A DNA stretch of 64,000 nt, taken from Fimbriosthenelais zetlandica. Its lineage: Eukaryota. The notes beneath the pieces are model-generated. The model made no database searches. It was given only the letters and a program-made list of their open reading frames with translations, and was not told the origin of the DNA. Positions 11,334 through 22,121 of the stretch are shown here, one piece after another. Made by a program: the position numbers and the translations under genes. Each line of letters opens with the position of its first letter. Position 1 is the first letter of the stretch. The stretch covers positions 10,726,001-10,790,000 of the forward strand of contig OZ365111.1 in the NCBI GenBank assembly GCA_977030845.1, written 5' to 3'.

Positions 11334-13365
11334 ATGTCGGTAAGTGCTCACCACTTGAACATTTCGTGCCTGAGTGTTTGCCTATGCTTAAACACACCTT
11401 TTACATTATCATACACTACCCTAGTCTTTAAACGGTCTTATTCATAACTGTAAGGATGTTTCCATGAAGCTTTTCTTATATAACAGGTGGACAGTTAAAA
11501 GCCTAGCCTGTTAAAGTAATCATTAACAGATCCAAATGGAATATTTATAATTCATCGCATGCATAATGCCAGATTCGATATATATGTATCCGAATTTCCA
11601 TAAGAAAACCATTCATTTTTACCTTAAACTTACATATTTATTAGACCTAATTTTGTTAAGGTCTTATAAAATAGTCCTTTATAATTCAACAGCCCAGTAT
11701 GGCCTACTGTGGAATCATTCCTCCCAGCCCAAACCTGATGCCTGCTCCACTTTCATTATACTACTAGGACTCAAATACCACTTCCCCTCCCACTCCCAAT
11801 GTAGCCCATCATTTTTGACATTTCACAGTAGAGAATTAGACTTTCCAGCAGCAAAATAACCAGAATAGCCATACACAATGCATGGAAAATCACCCTTTCA
11901 GACAGGCAGCCACGGTTATATCACCTTATTTTTTTCTACTGGGGCACCTTTCATAAAAGAATTAATGCGGATTACATCCATTCATTATCAGTTTTAAATA
12001 GACCGTAAATCTAACCTATCATCACCAAATTTAATCCATTGACCCTGTTTTCTCTTGCTGCAGGATAGTGAGGATGATTGTGAGGTGGAGGTGATCGTAC
12101 CTCGCCCGGTCTCGGAGTATGGTTACAGATTAGATTCCACCACACCAAGGCTTTACATTGATCCTGAGAGCACAACCCCAGCTAGTCCACCATACCGCTG
12201 GGCCACCGTCACTCCACCCCCATCCCAACCAGAAATCCTCCTGTTAGAAGATAGCTCACCTAGGTACAATTACAAGCATATTAACAGATATAAGAGGGCC
12301 AAATCTGGTGGGAATCCTATCAGAAAAGTCAACAAAAATGATCCAAACCACATAATCACTGATAAAAGTGACATGACCACACCAAGTGATGAGGATACCA
12401 AATATGCTCTATGGCACAGAGGTTTCCACCGCCCGTCAACTTTCGTAATTGCTCGGTACCCAACAAAGTACCATGGTAAGAAAATGAATCTGACAACTGG
12501 GCCAGTCAATGTTTCCAATCACAAACTTCCACCAAGTTTCAAACCAAGGACTCGCTATGGCCGACAGGCAGTGGTAGTGACCCATAAGGACAAACGAGGG
12601 CCTTTCAAACATTGGCCTACACCTCCCCTCTTTCCGAACAAACCAAGAATGAAAGATGCTGCATGTGACTGCCAGATCATGGAATGGCATGAAAAAGAGG
12701 AACGGGGCATCCAGGCAGTGGTTTATACCAAGAACAAGCAGGTTCAGTTTGGGAATCCAAGAAAAGATTCTGCAACCCAATACCCAAGAATAAGACAAAA
12801 GGATGTTTCATTAGACCCAATGGAGATCAAAAGAATAGACCGAGGAATACAGAATGTCCCAGAGACGAGGGACGCAATGGAAGAAACCAGTGTGAGCATT
12901 ATATTCCATCCTGACCCAGTGACAAGCGTCAGGGAAGAATCCACACAGACCTTCCCCGAAACACACCCCGAGACAACAACCCTTCCACCTGCAGAGAAGG
13001 ACCACAACGAACTGGGAGGAGATGATGAAAATGAAGAGTATGAGGAGCCCAATCTACGATGGGAGAAGCCTGTCTATGCAGAGGAAGTTGTGCATAAGCC
13101 TCCACCAGCACCGAAAGTAGTTCCTTCTAAGAAGGAAAGTAGTCCTTACAAGGAGATTCAGTTTCCGGTTGATACCAAGTACCCCGTGTTACAGTCAGGA
13201 ACCAAGGTGGTATTTAATGACAAGGTGGAAGTCTATTCTAGTGCTTCAGAAGAGGAAGATAATGCAGAGAATGCTGACGAAGGTGAAGGAGATGAGGATG
13301 TAGGGACTAAATCAATGGAGCAGTTGTCATTGAATGACACAGTAGAAAATAGTTATATCAATTAA
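11334..13365 (+). CDS. Uncharacterised, largely disordered 435-aa protein
   Basis: Micro coding exon ATGTCG/gtaagt (11334-11339) joins in phase 0 to a 1302-nt terminal exon (acceptor ttgctgcag, 12064-13365). The protein starts MSDSEDDCEVEVIVPRP. I recognised no globular domain. Confidence 0.8.
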
Positions 13366-14212
13366 CTACACAGACAGTTAAATGCAATTCTAATGTGTAT
13401 CACATCTTTAATAAGGTGTTTTATTCCAAGTGTTCATGCCATATTCATTATTAAATTATAGTATTTTTCGATTAGAACCAGTGAAGGTGAATACCCTTCA
13501 ATTGGAACATATCACAATGATACCAGTATTATTTGTTGAGCATCTTTAAAGTGCATAGAATTATTGATTAATCAATAAATCCCAGTAAACTGTGATATCC
13601 ACCCAAGCTTCCACCATATTTGTATATATGTACCATACTGTATTTCCCTAGTCAGGCAGTTAATGAATTTGCCAATTTGCAAATAACTTAAATAGACCAA
13701 TAAATAGATCGAGTAAAACAAGGCAAATTCCTGAACCCATAAAATCTTTGGTTAATCGGATGACACCCGAACTAAAATCAACAGTATACTGTACCTATTA
13801 TAAATTATAGGCTACATATCAAAGCATGATATGCATTGTAATATATTGTAAAAAAAACTGTAACCAAGCATTTCACTTTTAAAAGAGAGCCTTAAAATCC
13901 CAGCTACGCTTGTCTAGGCTAACCACCAACCCAACCCCCATAAACCCCTATTCCCTCTTTAACCATAAGTAGGCCTAATTTTGCACTAGACAGCATATTA
14001 GGCTGATCCTATGAAAACTCAAATTGGTCCAGATATGAGGGAAAATCAAGAAACGCCCACGTGAGATTCTAAACCATCCATTTTTGCCATTCATATATCC
14101 TTCATTAAAATTCAACCTTCACTTCAAAATCTAGGTTTCAACAGGCCGAAATCAGCATTTAATTCTTTTAACGACAACTGCTTGAATATTCCCCTTATTT
14201 GTGTATTTCATA

Positions 14213-16426
14213 CTATGAAGCTATTCCTTGTAATAGAGATGCTAGGTTATTTTTGTGCGTCTCAAATTCCTGATCCGATAAGAGATTATCTTGTACGGTG
14301 TCCAAGATTTCTTCTTCTGTTAATGTCTCAAACTTCTCAGGAACTGCAAAAATTGGAATCTTAATTACTTCGACTGGCAGTAATAATAACCAGTTTATAA
14401 TCATTAAGTAAATGCACAAAGAGGAAACATAAAAAGATACATCTTGTACTATGAATTTGCCATAACTCTCGAGCATATTACATTTAATTTTTAAAACTTA
14501 CTGTATACAAGTAGATGACCAGCTAATTCTGTCACAGCCAAGTTAAACACAGGTATCGAGTCTGCAAACTTGGCACCTGTAATGAATGAATATCAGAATA
14601 AACATCATTTTTCCATTTTATCACTCACAGGTCTATAAAGTGGTTAAGAAATAATACAATTGTATGGAAAGAAACATAATTCCAGGAAATCTTTTTAAAA
14701 TTAAATAAATTATATTGTTATTTATTCACCAGTCACACCCTTGCGAGGCCAAATAACGAGTCGTACAGTGGTACCCTCTCCTCCTATCTTTGCTCCCCTT
14801 GTTAAGAAGACATTATGAGCCACTTCATTCTTGATAAAGTAATCAGTGACAGTCAAACCGAACCTTGAATATACAAAATATCAAAAGTGATATTCATAAA
14901 TAATAACATTATTCTTGGAATAATACTACCTTATCGATAACAAAATTATAGATAACAGATTTAGATATAGCATTATAACTATGATTGACTAAATGAATCA
15001 TGTATTCTGGGATTGAAATAATATAAAAAATTGAAAAAAAAGTACCTCGCCATTTCCTCGACGCTAGAGCCTTCTAGTTGGAATATAAAGGCTCTTGTAG
15101 GCATACCAACCATCTCATAGAACTTAGAACAAATCTTTTTTGCTGCCTGGAATGAAAACGAAACTTTTTCAATAAACCCCAATGTTTTTAGGCCAAATCA
15201 TACTATCAATATAAGAAAAATTAATTGGAAGGAGGTGGGGTTGTAATTTGGTTGTACTACTTACAGCTGTTTCTATCGCCATTTCCTGGTCGAGGTACCA
15301 GATATGTAAATGCTGATGATTGACTGAAGCAAGGGCCATGAGAGAATTAAAGCCGACGTGGAAACCACTGAAAAAGAAAATCACATATTGAAGTCTTATT
15401 CCCTTGAGAAGCAACAAGGATTGGTACCGTAATATTCTTTTGGGAAAATGTATTAGAGTATTGAACACGAATTTAATTGCAAAGAATACATCACTACTTA
15501 CGGATGGTTACTCAAGAGTATCATATGTATGGCCAACTCATGGGCTTTTTGTGTCAAATGCTGAAATAAAAAAGTGACAATAAAATATATGAGCTCATCA
15601 GATTTACAAACGTTTAACGTCTTTTGAAAGTTTTATCATTCGCCATTCAATTACCACTTGGAATCAGAGAAGGCCATTTAAATTCAGTAAAAAAGAACAA
15701 TTATTTTGAAAATACTATATGCCTACTCACTTGATAGTGTTGATCATCTACATCCGGCACCAGTAGGCAATGTCCATAAGCCATAGGGCTGACATTGACT
15801 ATTAACAAATGTCTAGATTTAGTCGCACCTTCTATATTTTCCTTCACGCCATTTTGACTCGTTTTTTCAGGCTCCAGTTCACATACGATCTCCTCCTTCT
15901 TAACCTTGGTGAAGTTGAATTTGTCTGGGTTGAAAGACATGGTCACAGAGTGGAAGCTTTCTGGCTTCCTTCGGAGTGTAGTACGCTCGGCGTTCAACTG
16001 GAAGAAAAAATGGTGAATGTAGGCCTATTGTATATAAATATTAGGCAAATTTCATTTACTGATTACAATCTTGGGTTGAAAGGAAAAGGAAGCTTACCTA
16101 CCTGCATGTAGAATCTTTGCCTCCCAGGTAATGTTCTTTCTTTGACGTGGTCAAGAGTATAATTGAAGTGTCCTGCTTCCATGATGGAATCCCATTTCTC
16201 ACGTAGAAATTTATCAAACTGAAAGATCGGAAAATAATTACAATACATGTATTATCACATTATTTATAACAGAATTGTTGAGAAATATTGTGAACCGTAG
16301 AAAAGTGATTTGATCATGATCTTATCAACTCACTTTGCTCAGTTTGCTATTGTCATAATGTTGCCATGAGGTGCAATGAAGTAGAAATTCAGAAGCTCCA
16401 TACTGGTACTTGTAAGGTGAAGCCAT
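14213..16426 (-). CDS. GDPGP1: GDP-D-glucose phosphorylase 1 (VTC2-like HIT family), 359 aa
   Basis: Exons 16426-16334, 16218-16102, 15997-15731, 15560-15502, 15367-15265, 15146-15046, 14863-14730, 14576-14502 and 14343-14213 (1080 nt, phases consistent). Motifs: [19 protein letters not shown]-like [54 protein letters not shown] 5'UTR exon donor lies at 17245. Confidence 0.95.
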
Positions 16427-16807
16427 CAGTCGGTTTGATGATGGATCTGATCGGCAAACTATCTGAAAGAAAGTATGAATGAATGAACTTGATGGTTTTC
16501 ATGGAAATAATAAAATTTGTCCCGGTACCGGTACATGGAAATCAATTTATGTTTGTATTAAGTACCATCACAGCTGCTATGAATGACCAGTATATAGACA
16601 GGTTGTCGCAGATGGTTTTTTTTAATTCTCGAATTATATTTGAAGCTAGAGTTTATAGGCCCTAACAGTCATAATTATTACATCATGTGAGACGTCTAGT
16701 CTCTACAGCAGAACCCAAGGTCTCGTAAAATGAATAGGCCTACCGGTAGCCTATACGTGCATGCAGCCTATATGAATTGAAATGATTTATTGCAGTCGTA
16801 CTGAAAG

Positions 16808-16985
16808 GAATGAATGAATTTAATGAATCGGTTTATATAATATTATTTCATTAAATGAATGTAATTAATGAATGTATTGAATTAATGAATGTATTGAATT
16901 AATGAATTGAATGAATGAATGAATGAATGAATGAAATGAAAAGATTTTATTTATTCATAGGCCTAATGAATGAAATGAATGAATC
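16808..16985. repeat. Imperfect (AATG)n microsatellite in the first GDPGP1 intron
   Basis: Repeated tgaa/aatg units, purest at about 16909-16938. Confidence 0.85.
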
Positions 16986-17539
16986 GATTCATTTTATTGA
17001 ATTTACAGTTACGTAGGGGGTTAGTCTGTAGGCCCACGTGCGTAGGCCTACTATCATGATGCTAAACCATGCCCATGGGCCCTTGTAAGTTGTTGATGCC
17101 CGGCTCGGGCGGATGGTGGGTGGCGGAGGCATGGGCGCCGCGGGCCAAGACAAAGTTGGCAGTTCATGTTAGTTAGGCCCATATTTTACATTTTAAGAGA
17201 GAAAATAAACTGAACACTTTTTCCATAATTCCCAAATAACTCACCTGTTGTCGTCGCTAGCCTATCCAGACACCAGTGCTGAGTCGGGGTGTGTGTATAC
17301 GAGCTGTCCCTGGGTGAATATTTTCCCCCACTATTTACGGTAGACAGGTCGTGACACCTTTCGGCAAATAGGCTTACCGATACCGTGGACTATACGCCTA
17401 ATTTAATGTGCATTGGCGCCAAATCTTTGGTGTTGCTAAAAAAAACTAAAACTGATTTCAACGGATTCTTCCCAAAACAACGCCAAATTGTTAGATAGGG
17501 ATAGGCTCTATCATGATTCATTGCAAGAAAATGGGGATC

Positions 17540-19540
17540 GGACTGATTTATATTTTTATTTATCTAATTTATCGGAGTATAATCACTGTAAGATTATAAC
17601 AAGGCCCTTCGGGAGCTAGCCCGGTCTTCCAGGACCTTCCTGCTTTTAAATAACAAAGTTTAAAAATAGCCTGGTATCAAAATGATGGAAGAAGAATAAA
17701 GTAAAAGATTAAGTAATTACATAGAATAGATGATTTAACCAATATACTAAACTTCAAATTTAGAGCTGTCGTATAAAATAGGGAATATATATATACAGGG
17801 ACGAAGATATGTACATATTTACATAGGCCTATAGGATTATCTGAACAGAGTTAAATAAATATAATTAATTATACAAATATTCATTCATTAGGAAATATGA
17901 TTTTTTTTTAAGGGATGCACGGAGATGTACACACAGAACCTACAGCCGTAAATAGACAGACAATTGCAAGGCTTAGTTAATTATATAGATAGATCACTGT
18001 ATGGGCGCTGACGGCACACCATTACAAAAAGAAAAGGGATGAGAAAGGTGTAAGGGGGGGTGGGGGGAAGAAGGTCGGTGGTGAGGTAAGGTAAGGGCGC
18101 TGACGGCACACCATACCTATGGGATACAACTATAGTGGGGGAAATGATAAAAACTAAACTAATCTGGGAAACAGGTGGAGTTCAAATAGGACTTAATTTT
18201 TTCTTTGAAAATCTTTGGGTCAACTATGTTGCGCAGGTTTGGAGACAGATTATTCCAAGTCTTAGCAATTGAATATAACAGTGAGGATTTAGTATTATTT
18301 CTTCTGGGGATGGGTAGTTGGATTGTGGGGGCAGATTGTATTCTTGTGTTATGTGTTGGGGTGCACCTCAGATTATGAAAATTGTTGATGTGGTGGATGA
18401 CAAAATTACCGAGCTTGGAAATAATAAATTTAATTCTGGAGTCTAAAGGCATTACATGAGCCTGCTTATGCAGCAGATCTGTGTTGTAGAACCTATCGTA
18501 TTTAAAGCAGGTTCTTAAGGCCCTGTTTTGAAGTCTCTGAAGCTTGTTAATCATAAAGTTAGGACAGGCAGTACATGCAGCTTAAACCAGCGTAATCAAT
18601 AATTGGCAAGATCGACCCTTTGTAAATTTTTAGAGCGCTCGAGGAATCAATATATTTTCTGATGTGGTTTAGCATGTTGATACGATTGGCGGTAAGTCGT
18701 ATTGTTTGGTTTATGCAGGGTCGGAAGGAAAGTGTAGAGTCAAATTTTAGTCCTAAGTAATCAAATTCATTTATCCAGGGCAGTGAGTTTTGGTTGATTC
18801 CGAGTTGTATATCGGTATTTATTCTATGTTGGTCTTTTCTATTGCAAAAGATCATTGCTTTAGTTTTATTGGAGTTGATGGTAAGTCTATTGTCGGTTGA
18901 CCAGGAAATAATTCTATTAAGGTCTATTTGCATTTTTTCGACAAGGGGTAGAAAATTAATGTTGTGACCAAAGAGAACTATATCATCGGCATAGAGGATC
19001 ATATCATGGTTAATATTCAAATTGGCAATTCCATTGATGAAAAGAGAGAACAATGTCGGTCCGAGAGTCGAACCTTGTGGGACCCCATAATTTACTGGCT
19101 CGGGAGAGGAAACAATGGGACTTAGCTTTACTTTCTGGGATCTGTTACTTAGGTAGTCTTAAAAAAAATTATATGTCAGCTCATCTTCACACAACCTTTT
19201 AATTTTTGTTAAGAGCATTGAGTGGTTAACGCTATCAAACGCTTTCTTATAATCAATAAAAACTGCACAACAAAGGGCATTATTTGCCATTGCAAGGTTA
19301 AGTTTGCAAGTTAAAGAAGCTATTGCCATTGTTGTGGATCTGCCTTGCCGAAAGCCAAACTGTTGGTTACAAAGTAGATTATTTGCTTCCAAGTGAGCCA
19401 TCAGTCTTCAGTTTATAATCTTTTCTAGTATACGCCCTGGGAGAGGGAGTAGTGAAATGGGTCTGAGATTGTCAAAGAAAGTAATATCGCCTTTTTTGGG
19501 TAGGGGGGTAATAATACCTTCCCTCCATGCAATTAGACTA
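17540..19540 (-). mobile_element. 5'-truncated, inactivated non-LTR retrotransposon (CR1/L2 group)
   Basis: RT motifs in order: NLRPISLLP, QFGFRQGRST, VFIDYKKAFDSV, GVPQGSTLGPTLF, LYADDIVLF, YLGLKFDSTLSF, KLQRLQNRALR. Lesions: TGA near 19407, frameshift at the A-run 19162-19170, frameshift near 18585. The 3'UTR runs from 18158 to about 17540. No endonuclease domain or ORF1 remains. Confidence 0.92.
18003..18114. repeat. 20-bp direct repeat in the LINE 3'UTR
   Basis: GGGCGCTGACGGCACACCAT at 18003-18022 and 18095-18114, flanking a purine/G-rich tract. Confidence 0.85.
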
Positions 19541-19543
19541 AAT

Positions 19544-19629
19544 GAATATATTTTTTAATATCAATTTGTTAAATTCAGCATAAGAAAAGCATTACATAAT
19601 CATGTATAATTTGACCACAGCACTGGCAA
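19544..19629. repeat. Dispersed ~86-bp repeat, copy 1
   Basis: Aligns by eye to 53717-53802 (core AGCATAAGAAAAG.ATTACATAATCAT.TAT.ATTTGACCACAGCACTGGCAA). Confidence 0.85.
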
Positions 19630-22121
19630 CACATAATATTATTAGTAGGCTAGGCTATTATTATGGGAAGTATTATGGGATGTAAAATGGGTCAATCCGT
19701 ATACAGTGTACATAATAATACAGGTCTTAGGCCTATTTTGATCTTTGATTCGTTTCCTTCTTTATTAAAGTCAAATTCAACAACTGTACAAAGGTATAAT
19801 AGCAGCAACTATAGAACCATCATGCTTCTTAATAGCCAACTTTAGGCTAATAAAACATAATGTGGGCGTCAGTATATAGGCCTACTATGAAATTAAGAGA
19901 TAGCTTCATATACCGGTACCGTACTGGTATCTATCAAAAGGGGTAGGCCTATACTGTCCTATAGGCTAAAATTCGGCTTTGGGGAGACTTCTAATCTTCC
20001 TAAAAAGGTGACCATTCGCCTGAATGTAAGCAGTAGGCCAGTCTGTGGGCCCAGGCCAAATTATGCGTTCAGCATTAGAAAGGAATCAAATAAAAAATAT
20101 TCCATATGCCTGGAACATAGGCCTATAACAAAAGTATTATAATGAATTAATGTTCGCATAACTATTTTTGCAATTTTCAACACAAGTGTTCATTGGACGA
20201 ACGAATACCGGGTACCAAGCACAAGAATATTTTCCACAAAATTTGTCAATATTTCTACTATAGCCTACTCCAACACAAAACTAGCCTAATTTTTAGAGCG
20301 ATTATAAAAATAAGCATGGAGATACATTCGATATTTCCCCACATATTGGAATACAGTGGTGGCCTATTATCCTTTTGCAAAGGAATATTAATTATTCAAG
20401 AACGTTAAAATTTTTTTATTGTTTAGACTTAATCATTATTTCCGAGACCATATCGATATTTAACCGAAGAATTATAATTATATAGGCATCCATGGATGTA
20501 GGCCTAGGCCTAGAGGCCTACACTGTTAATTTCAGTTGTTTCCTGAATAACCCTCTACAAAATCGTAATCATGGGATTAGTCATATTATTTTGATACAAT
20601 TACAAGAGAATATTCTTGTGAATGTCCTTATAAGTGCCCTTAAAAATTGGAGATGTGTCTGCAGCGGTGACACAATGGAGAGTAAAGTAGTCGGGCAGGT
20701 GATTGCTTCTCCCCCCTCACGCCAGGTGTCACTAGTGAGGAGGGGGGGGGCTTCCTTGGCCCTTTATACAGATATATATATATATCAGATATTTAATTAT
20801 ATTAGCTTTAGGCCCACAATTGTAATAATAAGTCATTAATTTTTTGCGTTTAGACTCAAGGCAAGATTTACACTGCTTTAATTGCATTCCCTAAACACTC
20901 AAGACGGCATCAATATTGTTTATAGAGCATCTAACAAATTTGGCTGGCATTGGAATACAAATAATTATTCTGTGTACAACTTACAGTACATAATATATGG
21001 ATACAGATTAATTACCTTTATCACAAATGCTTTCAAAATTAGAGGACAATTGGCTGAGGGTTGTTCAAGCCACTGACAGCGACAGATGTTTCAATGTTTG
21101 GCACATGACAATCATTAGATGGTTATCCATTGATTTCCGTTGGTTATTCCATTATTTATGGAGACAAAAGATGCTGATTTTATGGATGAATAACACTGTC
21201 AATCACCTGATCGCGAGGGGGTATTCTGGAAATCTTGCTGATTGTACATTAAAACTTTATAGGCGAATGAAATCTCTATCACAGTAAATAAAAAATGTGA
21301 ACTATACATGTACATTATAATTTCTACAGGAAGAGAGAGAAGAGGAAAATGTGTCCGTGTATACTTTTGCTATGGGACTCTTAGGGTAACATGAACCCAC
21401 ATTATGTATGAATGGAGACGACAAGTAGGCCTATAGATTTGAACACTAGACAAGTGGAAAGAGATACCTGGGTAGAAGGCAAGAAATTCACATTTAAATC
21501 ACAAATACACCAATTTAAACAGATTCATTTCACGTTATAATTAAACCATACTAAAACTATGTACATTGGAAACGAAACCCATGAGATTTTACTATAGCTG
21601 ATAATAAATATTTTGGGCTAGTCTTCTAAGCACTTTGTGCCAACCTCGGTAATTTCAGTCTCATAAATGATAAGTATAATGACCTGCTGGCAGATTTCTG
21701 TTGGCTTATTGCTCTTTCCAGAGCTGAGAAGTACCATTTTTGCAACAATGTCCTTCAAGGCTTGTTGAACACAATAATAGAACATACATGAATTCTTCCA
21801 ATGATGATGACTTAATTTACATTTATGATTTGTCATATTATTCATTCTTTTGGTTTGAACTGGATGGTAGTTGATAGGTTAAAATATAAAAAAAACACCC
21901 ATTAAATATATCTTACATGGGCCATTACCCTAATGCGTACTGTCACTTTAATACACTGTCCTTGCATGGCATCACACATGAAGTTGTACACAAATTCGAG
22001 GTGGGATGATAATATATTCTTCATCTCTAGGATTTATTTAACCTTTCGATTCACTCCACGGTATAGGATAATGTTATATGGTATAGAAATAACATGATTC
22101 AGCCTTCATTCCATGTATACC

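Noticed and set aside
12270-13111. Several ORFs overlapping the 435-aa gene in other frames or strand
   Set aside because: Shadows of the long coding exon.
20492-21287. Short plus-strand ORFs (115, 64, 86 aa)
   Set aside because: Built on low-complexity and TAGGCCTA tracts; no domain or exon structure.
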